Source: Squalus acanthias
Lineage: Eukaryota
Length of the DNA: 64,000 bases
Direction of reading: 5' to 3'
Assembly: GCA_030390025.1 (NCBI GenBank)
Contig: CM059433.1
Span: 89,466,001-89,530,000, forward strand
The notes under the pieces were generated by a model, which saw only the letters and a program-made list of their open reading frames with translations, did not search any database and was not told the origin of the DNA. Each line of letters opens with the position of its first letter. The first letter of the stretch is position 1. This document shows, piece after piece, positions 25,206 through 38,391 of this stretch. Made by a program: the position numbers and the translations under genes.

Positions 25206-28200
25206 TTGTAGTTATAGATACAGTATGTAGAATAGCAGCAAGGTGGGCTTAGTGCACTTCTGCTGGCATCTGACATCTCTTGTAGCACCTATCTGGTGCT
25301 GCTTATCCTACACCCCTAAATCAAGTGACGGGAGTACTGAAGGCAATCACCTTTGCTGTAAACTTTATGCCTGCAAAAACTGATTGACATGGTGGTATTT
25401 AGCTTCTCATTTCTAACTTGCAAGCACCTGCCTGATACCCATTTGACACCAGTGAGATTAATGCATTATACTTGCGATGCATGAATGCAGCAATCTTGCA
25501 AGTTCCCCCCATCCCCCTCCGCCCTCCCACCCTATGTTTCACCGTTCAATTAGATCATGGCTGATCTGCATCTCAACTCCATTACCTTGACCAAAAATTA
25601 CTGGATGGAAAAATGCCTGTTTATTGTGTGTTTTACCACATGCAATGGTTTTTTTTTGCCATGAGAGATAGCAGACTGCTAAACTAGACCCCAAGGTGGT
25701 GAATTCTGGATAAATGAATGGAGAGGAATCTCATCTTTGCGGCAGAGTTTAGATGGTGCGCCTGCCTGTCCATCTCGGCTCCAACCCTGACTCATTTTTC
25801 TGGTTTGGAACTCATTGCATATGCATAGCGAGCTCTTGACGGGATTCCCATCATCAAGAGGGAACTCGCCAGTGTGAGCAGGTAAATTCCGATGGTGCTG
25901 CAGTGGGAAGCCTCAGGAGCACCAGAAGAGGCGGTGATGGACCTTAAAGGGACAGAAGTGTCCCAATAATCAGAAGGAAGGCTCCCAATGAAGGTTTTGA
26001 ATTCGATTGAGTCCGTGCTTTTAGACCAACTGGAGGGAGAGGAGGTGGCTACAAGGCTCTTTCCCTCCATTGGGGACCTCAGATCCTTGGGCCTACCCCA
26101 ACCTTCCTTATTTCAGTCTCAGCAAGTAGCAATAACTGGGAAAGAAATGAGGAAAATGTGCAAAGAAACTGGCCCCTGCCACCCGCCCCCCCACCCCCCC
26201 ACACTCCCCACAACCTCCTCCATTTTCATGCAACGGGTGGGAAAGGAGCAGCCAGTGGCGGTCTCAGCAAAAGCAGGGAAATCTGGTCAGGGCAGCGAGG
26301 CAGTGGTAGTCCTCACTGCCTGAATTTTCTGACATTCTCCATCGCAATACTGCCTTTGGGTGGGATCACTAAGGAGAGTTTCCACCAATGTGTGATCATC
26401 ATTCTTAGATTCAAGGTACCCATTGGTTATCTTTCAATACCACTTATCAATGTTATTTTATGTCATGTTAAAAGTTAAATATTATCAAAATGTTACTTGG
26501 AAATATATACTTTCAATTGCCATTTGTGATCGTTTAACCTTTCACCAGCAGTTCTGTTGCAGAATAGTGAGAGGCTGTAAAACCGAGGACAATTTTTACT
26601 CATTGCTTGTTGCACAACCCATCTCAGCTAGTCACCACCTATGTTTATCCTTATCAATAACCTAAATCTAGATTTAATTATCATTGTGAGTTCTGGTACT
26701 AATTTGTTTTCTAATAAAGGGTAATTTCAAAATGTATGCCCTCTTCAGGGAACTACATCTGCTGAGAGTGCACATTGGAAATATGGGTGCATATAGGGTG
26801 AGATTACCATATAATTTTATATAATGGAGTGATTTGATCAATTGATCACACTGCTCTGATTTACAGTACATATTACAATGTTTATTTTTGTAATGCAATA
26901 TTGCTGTCTTAATTCTTTCAAACACAGGTCCAGCAAAGCACCTCCAACTACCAACAATTGTTCTCTTCTGAAAGTACAGCTACCTTGTCTCTGATTGCTT
27001 GACACATGAAACATATAGTTATCTACTTATATTCTTTTTTTTTTCTGGATCCACTTATATTCTTGCCACTAGTGCCTAGATTGTTGATTATTTTCTAATC
27101 TTTTTTTTACATATCTGATGCTACTTTATCAGTAAAGAAAGACAATTCATTTTAAATTGCTTTGACTTGAGATGATCTTGATAAAATTCTCACAAAATAG
27201 TTTCTAACATAAGAATTTGTGCTCGTTATCTTAAAGTAATTATGAAATGTGCCTTTGCAGATAATGAGAAAAGTGCCCTATTAAACTTCATAGAATACTT
27301 GAACTCTCTGCCAACGAAACTTTTAATTAAGAACAAAGAGAATTTGAAAGCAGGCCTGTTTCATGCTGTTCACTCCCATGATTACCCTGCTCCTTGGAGA
27401 GATTCAGTTTGCACAAATTATTTTAAGAGTAGCACTGCGCAGGGCCACCTTCCTCATGTTTTTGCCTGTGCTCAGACCTTGATGAAGAAATCAATGTCTT
27501 CAGAAAGGTTTCAGCTTAGACAGGAGGACAAAGACTTTCACTCTAAGCACCTCTCCTTCCTCCAATGTTCCTCCTCCTCATACCTGCCAATGGATGTCTT
27601 CTTTAGAGGAATGAGCAATGGGTTAGAATATGACTGAATCATCTGTGCAGATATGAAAATACGATTTATGAAAATATGATTTTATACTCTGCGTTAAGTG
27701 TTTTTTTTTAAAGATGTGGCAGAACTGTTTTATTACTTGGAAAACCACAAAATGTAGGTAAAGGTGAACAAAGAATATGATATAAATTTAAAAATACGCT
27801 ACTTAATGTTTTTGCCACCATTTCAATATAGGGCTGATTGTGCTCTGCCACGTTCCCAGTGAGGAGCAGCGCTCACAGGAGGTGCTTTGTGGGAAATCAC
27901 GGCCCATGATTTTCTACCCATGACATGAATGGATGGAGCTTTGCAATCACAATTTCCCACGCTGCACTCCCTACTGGGAGTGTTGAATCGCATGTCGTAT
28001 CACACGTAGCTGTTATTTTCAGACAGTAATATGGTGCAATGCACAATGTAAGAAATTACCTTCTGTCTGACTAGTGCCAACGTAAAAATTTGGTACAGAA
28101 ATGTGGTATGAGTGCACTGAGTGTTAAATTTCACTGACTGGAGTTACTACCCTGTGAAGAGAAAGCGGAACCACTTTTCTTTCCATTTGAAAAAGTAATT

Positions 28201-28279
28201 TTTTTTGGTGGTACAGGCCCAGCTTGCTCGCGCAAGACCTTTATAATGAGCAACCTTCACCCTTACCGTTGTTTTGCAG

Positions 28280-28353
28280 TCCCCTGCTACAGGCACCGGC
28301 ATCTGTTCTGTTCTCCAAATGTACCTAACAGAACACCCATTGTGTTGTTCACC
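28280..28353 (+). CDS. Candidate internal exon of an unidentified host gene
   Basis: gttgttttgcag| ... cacc|gtaagt; two frames open (PCYRHRHLFCSPNVPNRTPIVLFT or SPATGTGICSVLQMYLTEHPLCCS). Confidence 0.25.
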
Positions 28354-29384
28354 GTAAGTCAAATTTTAAATCGATGGGTACTTTAGACCGTGTAATGCGC
28401 AATGCATTATTTTGCTGCTAAGATGCAGGCGTGTTTAAGGTGACTTGTTCTTGAAGGCCAGAAAATCTAATGACTGTAAATAGGCTCATTCAGACGTCAG
28501 TTAGAGATGAATTGCTGGTTGTGAGAGAAGTTTGCAGATTGGCAGGTGCTTGTAAATTCCTCGCTCTAGGTCATGAGAAGCCAGGAGGAAAGGATTACCT
28601 TTCTTTGTGTTTTTATCATTTTAATACTTTGAAGTGTGTCAAGTGTGACATCTGAAGCTTGATGGACATGCTTGATGCCAATTTTTTATGTTTAGATTTA
28701 TCATTTCACCAACTGTATCTCAGACAGCTCATAATTTTCTTATAATGAACTCTGTCACTAAAATGTGACAGTCACACTGCGTGAATGTAATTCCGTAGTG
28801 AGATTTGTTTCACCGTTTTGTTTCTGTTATCATGTTCAAAATAAGTCAGTCAATAACGAGGAAAAGAGGTTCTTTTCCAGTACTTAAAATGGTTAATTTC
28901 ATAATTTCATGCAGTGGTCCATGGGAGAGCTTCACTTATTCCTAGCAGCCAATTTACATGTAGCACTAGGCCTACAAAACCCATGGGGGTACGATACCAG
29001 CAGTTACGCAGGGATCATTCCTGCTGCGGAATCCCACTATTGACCCCCCTGAAGTTCATAGGGTCAAGGAAAGGGGCCTCCATGAATGGGCCTTGGGCAA
29101 CTTGGGGGCACATCTGCAACATATTCCGCTAAGGCACCCAGAAATTCTGCTAATAGCTGACCCTACTCATTATTAGCCCTATTAGTGGTTGCGCTTGTTT
29201 TACAACAGATTTTACGGCCTGTGGAAATGCGACAGGCAGCAGAAGCTCACCCAGATAATGTTAATGAGGCCCGAGACCTTGGGCCTCCTGGTTGGGCTGC
29301 ACCATCCATGTGCAATGACCACTTCAGGCCCAAAATACCTGCCTAAAGGAATTTCCGCCCGGAACGCTTTTCAGCCTGGAAAGG

Positions 29385-30000
29385 ACAAAGCTGGGAGGTG
29401 GTCTGATAGAGGTATATAAGATCGTTAAGGATATCGAAAAAGTTAACTCAGAATATCACTTTAATATCAAATTTCCTCGGAAAAAGATGGTGCAACGCTG
29501 CTCTTTCGCCATACTTACTCCGAAAACATGAAGGAAATTGAGGGCCCACAGATCAGCCTTGTGTTTTTTCTCTGCACCGCCTCCAGCACTTGAACGTCTC
29601 TTTTGCTTCTTACCTACCAGAACTGGATGCAGTATTAAAGGTGTACTGTCACCAGAGCACTTGGCCATGGAAGGAGCGTTCATGTATCAGTCTGTTAATC
29701 AATCTGCGAATCCTTCTACTACTTTTCACTGTTCACCAAGAGAAGAGTGTGAAGGTACGAAAACCACAAATTTAAGGTAAACTGTGAGAATAGAACATGA
29801 AGACACAGGTACAAAATGGTAAAACGCAATTTTAGGACAGATTCTTCGTCACACAAAGTGTTGTCAACATGTGGGGAATGAGTTCCAGATCGAGCAGTGC
29901 CGGCAGAAACCTATTGGTGCTACTGTGAGGAGATATTATCTGGATAGATGAATTAAGACGAACTGAATAGATTTCCTCATCTGTAATAATGTTTGTGATC
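29385..30000 (+). mobile_element. Old, rearranged CR1 fragment
   Basis: TCTGATAGAGGTATATAAGATC (LIEVYKI) and later ACACAAAGTGTTGTCAACATGTGG; an inverted YCIQFW-type segment at ~29615-29665. Confidence 0.5.
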
Positions 30001-30571
30001 TTGCGATTTGCAGTTTTTTCTTTTCAGTTCCCCGCCCCGTGTAACATTACTTCTGCTCCTCTGCCCATGGAAAATAGCCACATTCCTTAATCTAGTACCA
30101 CATTTTTAAAATACTAATACTCCAGGGAAATAAAGGACAGTATTACATAGTCAACAAATATGAACTGCAATTTTTCAACAGATTCTATTTCAACTATGCC
30201 ACTGGCAGCACTTAATTCTGGAGTAGGGATTATAGAGGTTGATCCCGGTCTGTCTGACTGTCACCTGAAGAGCTTCTGATCATATTGTTGTTCAAGGGTC
30301 AATCAGCAAAGAACCTGGCCAACTAAACCAAGCATCAAGAATACTGCATACCTTTTTAACTTGTTAGACACAGACGACAACACTTAGGACACTTAAAATT
30401 CCTTACTGCCTCCAGATACTTTGAGGTGTATGTAACACTAAACCTGTCTGTGTGTTGCTGTTTGATGTATTTCATCCTGCCATTTAGGGTGGAGTGGATT
30501 CCAAATAAAGCCTGGAATTTTGGTAATGAATAAGATGATTTAAATAAGGAATCAGAGTAAATAAAGACTGT

Positions 30572-31150
30572 GGAGTTGAAATTACTCAGGTATTCCATCA
30601 GTCTACCACAGGAACTCCAGTGGGAGACTGATGGAACCTCTCTGGAAAACGGTGAGACCTGGTTGCACTGGATCTCCGTGGTTTCTGGGGGCATCCTCCT
30701 TGCCTTGCAAGGGTGGAACTTCCATGCATCCCTTATAAGGCAAATAACGCAGCGGGGCGGAAATGGTGGGAACTCCTTATGCCAGGAATTCCCGCTCGGT
30801 TGGCTCAGTCTGGATCCAACATATCAGGTGTACGTCGAATGAGGTGAAGGTACCATCCCCCATGTAGGTAGATGTGGGCCCTACCAAGCAAGTCCGGGCC
30901 AGGTTCTCCAAAGAATCCTTTAGGTATTCAAACAATTTACCAAGCTCGACCCACTTGCTCAGGGTTTGGAGGGCCTGGAAAATCTCCTTTCCATGGGGAG
31001 CGAACGCTGGCGTTTCCAGCCGTATGGGCCAGGCGGGTGCCAGAGATGCAACTGTAGTGGTGCCTCTGCGCACCTGCCCCGTGCTAATTAAGCGCCCTCC
31101 CACTGACCCTCGAACTCTGGCAGGATCGGATTAGGAGAAATTTCAGTGCC
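30572..31150. mobile_element. Decayed Harbinger-type non-autonomous element
   Basis: GGAGTTGAAATT ... AAATTTCAGTGCC ends; internal palindrome CCATCAGTCT...AGACTGATGG. Confidence 0.4.
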
Positions 31151-31289
31151 AGTCTCTTTATGGTGGCTTAAAAAATATTAGAGGGTTGATTTTACTGGTG
31201 CATGCTACCACTGGGGAGCGCTGCATGCAGGCCATGCATATTGATTAATTGCAGGTGATTGGTTCACGGTTTTCCATCTACAGAAATAT

Positions 31290-33132
31290 TCATAGAGTCA
31301 TCGAGTTATACAGCACAGAAAGAGGCCCTTCGGCCCATCGTGTCCGCGCTGGCCATCAAGCCCTATCTATTCTAATCCCATTTTCCAGCACTTGGTCCGT
31401 AGCCTTGTATGCTATGGCGTTTCAAGTGCTCATCTAAATGCTTCTTGAATGTTGTGAGGGTTCCTGCCTCTACCACCCTTTCAGGCAGTGAGTTCCAGAT
31501 GCCAACCACCCTCTGGGTGAAAAAGTTTTTCCTCAAATCCCCTCTAAACCTCCTGCCCCTTACCTTGAAATTATGCCCCCTGGTTATTGACCCCTCTACT
31601 AAGGGGAGAAGTTCCTTTCTATCTACCCTATCTATGCCCCTCATAATTTTGTACACCTCAATCAGGTCCCCCCTCAGCCTTCTCTGCTCTAAGGAAAACA
31701 ACCCCAGCCTGTCCAGTCTCTCTTCATAGCTGAAGCGCTCCAGCCCAGGTAACATCCTGGTGAATCTCCTCTGCACCCTCTCTAATGCAATCACATCCTT
31801 CCTATAATGTGGCGACCAGAACTGAACACAGTATTCCAGCTGTGGCCTAACTAGCGTTTTATACAGCTCCATCATAACCTCCCTGCTCTTATATTCTATG
31901 CCTCGGCTAATGAAGGCAAGTATCCCATATGCCTTTTTAACCACCTTATCTACCTGTCCTGCTGCCTTCAGGGATCTATGTACATGCACACCAAGGTCCC
32001 TCTGATCCTCTGTCCTTCCTAGGGTCCTACCATTCATTGAGTATTCCCTTGCCTTGTTAGTCCTCCCAAAATGCATCGCCTCACACTTTTCACGGTTAAA
32101 TTCCATTTGCCACTATTCTGCCCATCTGACCAACCCGTCTATATCGTCCTGTAGCCTGAGGCTTCCCTCTCGTTATTTACCACTCCACCAATTTTCGTGT
32201 CATCTGCGAACTTACTGATCATACCTCCTACATTCATATCTAAATCATTAATGTACACTACAAACAACAAAGGACCCAGCACCGATCCCTGCGGTACACC
32301 ACTGGACACAGGCTTCCAGTCACAAAAACAACCTTCGACCATCACCCTCTGCCTCCTGCCACTAAGCCAATTTTGGATCCAATGTGCCAAATTGCCCTGG
32401 ATCCCATGGGCTCTTACCTTCTTGACCAGTCTCCCATGCGGGACTTTGTCAAAAGCCTTACTGAAGTCCATGTAGACTACATCAACTGCACTACCCTAAT
32501 TCACGCACCTAGTCACCCCATCGAAAAATTCAATCAAATTGGTCAGACATGATCTCCCCCTGACAAAGCTATGTTGACTATCCTTGATTAATCCTTGTCT
32601 CTCCAAGTGGAGACTAATTCTGTCCCTCAGAATTTTTTCCAATAATTTCCCTACCACTGATGTTCGGCTCACTGGCCTGTAATTCCCTGGTTTATCCCTA
32701 CTACCCTTCTTGAATAATGGTACTATGTTAGCTGTCCTCCAGTCCTCTGGCACCTCCCCCGTGGCCAGAGAGGTTCTGAATATTTGTGTCAGAGCCCCTG
32801 CAATCTCCTCCCTTGCCTCACACAGCAGCCTGGAATACATCTCGTCTGGGCCTGGGGATTTATCCACTTTTAAGCCTGCTAAAACCGCTAGTACCTCCTC
32901 CCTCTCAATACTAATTTGTTCAAGTATATCACAATCCCCCTGCCTGATTTCTATGCCTACATCGTCCTTCTCCATAGTGAACACAGATGCAAAATATTCA
33001 TTTAAAACCTCACCCACATCTTCCGGCTCTACACACAGATTGCCACTTTGGTCCCTAATGGGCCCTACTCTTTCCCTGGTTATCCTCTTGCCCTTAATAT
33101 ACTTATAAAACACCTTGGGATTTTCCTTTATT
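31290..33132 (-). mobile_element. Young 5'-truncated CR1 LINE; ORF2 split into three pieces
   Basis: ORFs 32496-33113, 32139-32471 and 31372-32106 with KSPGPD, PGNYRPVS, DFSKAFDKVPH, SGVPQGSVLGP, KFADDTK, RPQLEYCVQFW. Confidence 0.97.
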
Positions 33133-34134
33133 GCTGAACACTATGATCAAAATGACCCATAAAAATATCAAAGGGCAAAGTGCTTACAAAGGTAAATGTC
33201 AGATAGTGTAAAGGTACAAAATCTGTTATCCACCCAAGTGGATAACAAAAATGATCAGATAATTGAGAGACCTAAATTTTGGTCTTACACACATGGTACA
33301 GTAATGGCAGGGATGAAGACAATCACAATGAAAATGACATACATTGAATTTGATCTTTCTTGGGGTGTGTGGTTAATTTATGTCAGGCAGAACAAGATTG
33401 GTGTTAGTGGGCTGTGCAGCAAGATGCTGCCTCAGGCAAGGCTTTGTCACGTGATAACCCTGGCAGATAATTATGAAGACAGGCAAGTGAAACACAGGTC
33501 ATGGGAACTCCACTGTATTTACTGATATAAAAGAGTTGGTTGCCATGCTGAGGTATATTTTCCTCTCTTCACTAATTTTAATGGGGAGTACTGCTTTATC
33601 TTCATGTCTACTTTTTCACTAAGATTAGCAAACCGAAGAGAATGCACCCTATTAAGTTGGATCTTGTCTTTATTCAGTAGTTTGAAAAATATTAAAAATA
33701 ACTGAGAAGAACATGACAGCAATGTGGTGAAGAGATGAACACTGCGCAGACCCATTGCGTTACAGAATATTGGCTCACCATTCAAAGTGAGTTCCTGATT
33801 TAAGCCATGTTGTTATGGGATGATATCAATAAGGAAGGGTGTGAATATGCTTCACCCCAAGAATGGAGAGAAAACTGGCAGGTGAGATATGCCAGATAGT
33901 ACTATACTAGTTGGTACAGAGCAAGTTCCTCAAATACCCTCAGTGTGGTGCTAGTAATCTGAAACAGGTCTTTTATCCAGGCTTAATTGGGCTGTAGGAG
34001 ATGTGGAAGAAATGACTTGTCTTGTAGTTGCCCTTCCTGCTTTGATACTTAAAAAGCATGTGAGCAGAACACTTTTTTTTTTGAAGTAGCCAGCCCAAGG
34101 AGATTGAAATTTTCCCGGATCTGTTGTCAAGCTA

Positions 34135-34347
34135 AAGAAAGAAAGAAAGACTTGTCTTTCACGACCACCGGACATCTCAAAGCGCTTTACAGCCAATGAA
34201 GTACTTTTTTGGAATGTAGTCACTGTTGTAATGTGGGAAATGCGACAGCCAATTTGCACACAGCAAGCTCCCACAAACAGCAATGTGATAATGACATGAT
34301 AATCTATTTTTGTTATGATGATTGAGGGATAAATATTGGCCAGGACA
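34135..34347 (-). mobile_element. 3' part of a DeuSINE/SacSINE1-like SINE
   Basis: AAATTTGCACACAGCAAGCTCCCACAAACAGCAATG-type antisense segment, homologous to the 46560-46720 region. Confidence 0.75.
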
Positions 34348-34525
34348 AAGGTTGAAAAAATGTGGAGGGGTGGGGAATACCTAAAAGAAATTGAAAACTT
34401 GAAGATAAACACCAGCCTTTGTACTGCAGCATTTAAATTTGGACATGAGATTTAGCTTCCAAGAACCTGAATCCAGACACAAAGTTTGAAATAACTGAAC
34501 AATCATTCCTGAGGGCTATTGTTAC

Positions 34526-34660
34526 TGTAATAAATGGGGTAGAACAAATGAAGGACGGAGACACAATGAGTTGCTAGTCCATGTGCTTGCTTTAATAGGC
34601 CAGAGCGAACTGAGCATGCTCATACCAAACATGTGACAAACCATGTGATACTACATTACA
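34526..34660 (-). repeat. 3' LTR
   Basis: TGTAAT...ATTACA, roughly 90% identical by eye to 38256-38391; preceded on - by PPT AAGGGGGAAAGCAG. Confidence 0.93.
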
Positions 34661-34785
34661 CTGCTTTCCCCCTTAAAAAAAATGTAGTATTCCCCTCTCA
34701 AATACAACAAAACTATGGTTCCACCTTTCCCAGCATTACATGTACCACATAACAAAAACGCCTGGCTATTTTTCTTTTAAATGAA

Positions 34786-37125
34786 CTACAAATCCAGTTT
34801 AATAACAGGTTTGTGGAGCCTTCCTGATCTCCTTACAGAAGGTTTTGGTGTTGAACCAATTTTCAGGCTGTTTTGTTTTGGTTCCGAAATCAAAGATGAT
34901 CCTGTTTCTATCTCAGACTTGTTTGAACCTGGTACTTCAGTAACTGAAGTCTGAACTGAGTCAAACTCATGTATGTGTTCATGATCAAATGGTTCAAGAT
35001 CACTGTCCAATCCAGGCCAGTAAACAAAGCTTCTTGCAATTGATTTCATACTGACAATGCCTAGATGTTCAGTATGAAGTTCGGCCAGAATTCTATCTCT
35101 GAAAGAAGTACGTACCACCACTCTGTTTTCCCACTTGATACAACCTTGTTCAGAAGACAATTCAGTACGACGGTTATGGAATAGTTTCAACTCTGTGTCC
35201 ATACACTGATCAGTCCATCCATTCAAGGTGTTTTCATACACTCTTTTCAGTACTGAGTCCTTTTGAGACTCATCTGCAATCTCAGTAGCAGTCACGGGAA
35301 AGTCTTTGTCAACTGCACCTAGTGTGAAAATCTCACCTTCTCTCCCAACACACAAGTCCTCATGTGGCAACCTGGACAAGGCATCTGCGATTGCGTTTTG
35401 CTTTGAAATGCGATATTCAATCGTGTAGTCATATTGTGACAACAACACTGTCCAACGTTGCCATTCTTGATGCGGCCATTGCAGGGATGGCAGATTTGGG
35501 CCCCAATATTGCTAGGAGTGGTTTGTGATTGGTTATCAGGGTAAACTCTCTGCCTATCAGGAACTGTTGGAATTTCTTGATGCTTCCTTTTCAATTTGCT
35601 CGTAGTTTCTTTCGCTCTTTGTGAGGGTTCGCGATGCAAATGTGATTGGTTTCTCTTGGCCGTCATCCATTACGTGGCTTATGACAGCTGCCACACCGTA
35701 GCTGGAAGCATCACACGCTAACTTAAGCTCACGCTCTGTGTCATCGTGCACAAGTAGAGCATCGCTAGAGAGACTTGTCTTACAAGCGTTGTGATCTTCC
35801 TGTTGCACTTTTGTCCACTTCCACTGGACATCCTTCTTGAGGAGCTTGTGCAATGGAGCTAACATGGTCGCTAACTCAGGTAAGAACATGCGCAGTACTG
35901 GACCATTCTAAGGAAAGATCTTAACTCAGACACGTTCTGTGACTTTGGAGCATTGATGACAACATCAACCTTTTCCTTCACTGGTTGCAAGCCATTTGCA
36001 TCAACTTTCAGACCAAGGTACACAACCTCAGGCTGCACAAAAGCACATTTGCTCCTTTTCAATTTGACATTGTGGGAATTCAACCTTTGCAGCACTAAAT
36101 CTAACACTTCTAGATTTTCTTCCTCGCTGCTTGTTGCGATCAGCACATTGTCTTGATTGCATAAGCAATTTGGAACTCCTTGCAAAATCTTATCCATCGT
36201 AGCCTGGAAGATTTTGGAGGAGGACTTTACACCATACGACAGCTTGGTGTATGAATACAGTCCCTTGTATGTGTTGATGGTGAGATACTGTTGACTCTCT
36301 TTGTCAACATTCAGCTGAGCGTAAGCGTGCGACAGGTCAAGCTTGGAGAAAACCTTTGACCCAGAGAGTGCTGCATACAAATCTTGCGATGTAGGTAACG
36401 GGTACTGCTCATCGTCAACTGCTTGGTTGATAGTTACCTTGTAGTCACTGCACAAGTGCACAGTTTTGTCTGCTTTGGGCACTACCACAATCGGGGTAGG
36501 CCATTCACTTTTGTCAGTTTTTACTAGCACTCCATTCGCTCTGAGCTTTGCTAGCTCTTCCTCCACCTGACTTTTCAATGCATAGGGGACCGGCCTTGCC
36601 TTACAAAAGACAGGCTTCATGTTGAACTTGATGCGGATATGCACATCATACCCAATGATGCCCTCATAACTGTCTGAACATGCTTTCGTACTTCTTCAGC
36701 ATTGTGTTGAGTCGCTTCTTTGAAGCATCTACACTGAAGATGTTTTTCCAGTCTAGTTTTAACTTTCTGAACCAGTCTTTGCCCTTGAGAGTTGGTCTGT
36801 TGTTGTAGCTCGCTACAATAATAGGTAGCTTTACTGACTGGCCATTGTGTTGGACTGCACATTCCATTTGTCCACATGGCTCTAGGATTTCTCCAGAGTA
36901 GCTTTTTAACTCTACGGTACTCTTTGTAAGTAGTACTTGATTAAACTTACTCTCATATGTGTCCTTACTCATGATAGAGCAGTCCGCCACTGTGTCAATA
37001 CACATATCAATATATTGCTCGTTGATCAAACGTTTTGCACGGACATCTTTCTCATGACTGCTAGCGTTGCCGCTAGTGGCATAGATCCTGTAGATGCCGA
37101 GTTCTTCAACATCAGGTGTGTTCAT
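34786..37125 (-). pseudogene. pol: Gypsy pol (protease, RT, RNase H, integrase N-terminus), frameshifted, integrase core deleted
   Basis: IDTVADCS (protease); WPTPIVVVPK, FSKLDLSHAY, LSYGVKSS, NQDNVLI (RT); LACDASSYG, ERNYEQIEKEA (RNase H); ADALSRLP, LAELH..HLGI..MKSIARSFVYWPGLD (IN Zn region). Confidence 0.92.
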
Positions 37126-37155
37126 TTCAATATTGTGAACTCCTCCCTTTTGTTG

Positions 37156-37998
37156 TCACTGCTTTGCATTGCCACTAGAATGGTTCTTACTTCCTGCTTT
37201 CGATCTAGCTCTGCAAGCTGTTGAAATAGGGCCTTGCTTCTGGCAGTGAAAACACTTTGCATTTCTATATTGGTAGGACTGCGGTGACTGATTTCCATTG
37301 CAGTGATAACAATTCACTGAACTACTCTCACCAACATGCTTTTGACCCAGTCTCATAGCTTTAGGTTTGGCGGTGGCTTTGTGACTGTAGACCTCAGCTG
37401 CACTAGTCACTTGAGTTGGATGGAGCTCCCTAGCATTCTTAGACACCATCTCCATAGATAGGGCAATTTTGCATGCTATGTCAAATGTTAGGTTCGGAGT
37501 GTTCAGTAACTTGGACTGTGTGCGCTCATCCACCAGTCCACACACAAACTTATCTTGCAACGCACGATCCAAAGATGTGCTGAAGTTACAATGCAAAGAC
37601 AGGCTCTTAAGAGCTAAAATGTACTCACTGATGGTTTCACTTTGGTTTTGGTTTCTGGTACCAAACTTATAGCTCTCTGCTATTTCTAATGGCTTTGGGT
37701 TGAAATGGTCCTCGAGTTTCTCGACAATGTCTTCAAACGATGCATCCTTCACTTTCCCTGGCGTGAGTAGGTTTGTCAACGTTCCGTAGACATCTGGCCC
37801 GATCTCTGTTAGAAAAATTGCTTTCTTCCGTTCACGAATTACTTTATTTTGAGCTTGAACATTCTCATCTGCACCTTCGGTCTCAATAATGTTATTGGCC
37901 TTAAAAAAAATCTCCATCTGCTCAATGTAAGAACTGAATGGTTCGCGAGCTCGGTCATTCATGCCGAGGCTTCCAATGAATCCTGTAGGTGCGGCCAT
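37156..37998 (-). pseudogene. gag: Gypsy gag
   Basis: HFNPKPLEIAESYKF..RNQ..SETISEYILALKSL...LQDKFVCGL and degenerate CCHC knuckles CYHC / CFHCQKQGPISTAC. Confidence 0.9.
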
Positions 37999-38231
37999 GA
38001 TTGTCCCGATCCCGTCGAACAGTGACTCAGCACGCTACCGGTGTACCTGTGAGAATCAACACCGCTGTTGCTGTGTATACATACACGTGAAGGCGAAGCA
38101 CAGACGATTCTGCATGAGCATTAACAGTAAAAACATCGCAAAAACTCAGTTTAGGTGTCACAAATTCACCTTAAACTTTCCCACTCGAAGGTTGAACACT
38201 GTGTTCTTCCATGATCCTTAAAAATGGCTTT

Positions 38232-38253
38232 GGGATCCCATCCTCATCACCAA
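38232..38253 (-). promoter_or_regulatory. Primer-binding site, tRNA-Ser(GCU) type
   Basis: TGGTGATGAGGATGGGAT on - just inside the 5' LTR; CpG-decayed form of TGGCGACGAGGATGGGAT, complementary to the tRNA-Ser(GCU) 3' end. Confidence 0.8.
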
Positions 38254-38255
38254 AA

Positions 38256-38391
38256 TGTAATATATGTGGGTAGAACAAATGAAGGACAGAGACATGATGA
38301 GTCGTTAGTCCATGTGCTTGCTTTATTAGGCCAGAGTGAACTGAGCACGTCATACCAAACCATGTGACAAACCATGTGATAATACATTACA
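38256..38391 (-). repeat. 5' LTR
   Basis: TGTAAT...ATTACA; AATAAA on - strand. Confidence 0.93.

Larger units (their letters stand above)
34526..38391 (-). mobile_element. Gypsy/Ty3 LTR retrotransposon, defective
   Basis: Two ~135-bp TG..CA LTRs, PBS, PPT, and gag-PR-RT-RH-IN order on -. Confidence 0.95.

Noticed and set aside
28267-28324. Alternative - strand exon (YIWRTEQMPVPVAGDCKTT)
   Set aside because: No companion - strand exons or recognisable homology found; cannot be supported without RNA data
29462-29772. TTAA-flanked piggyBac/Kolobok insertion or retrocopy inside an old CR1
   Set aside because: No TIRs or poly(A); part of it is an inverted CR1 segment, so a rearranged LINE is the simpler explanation
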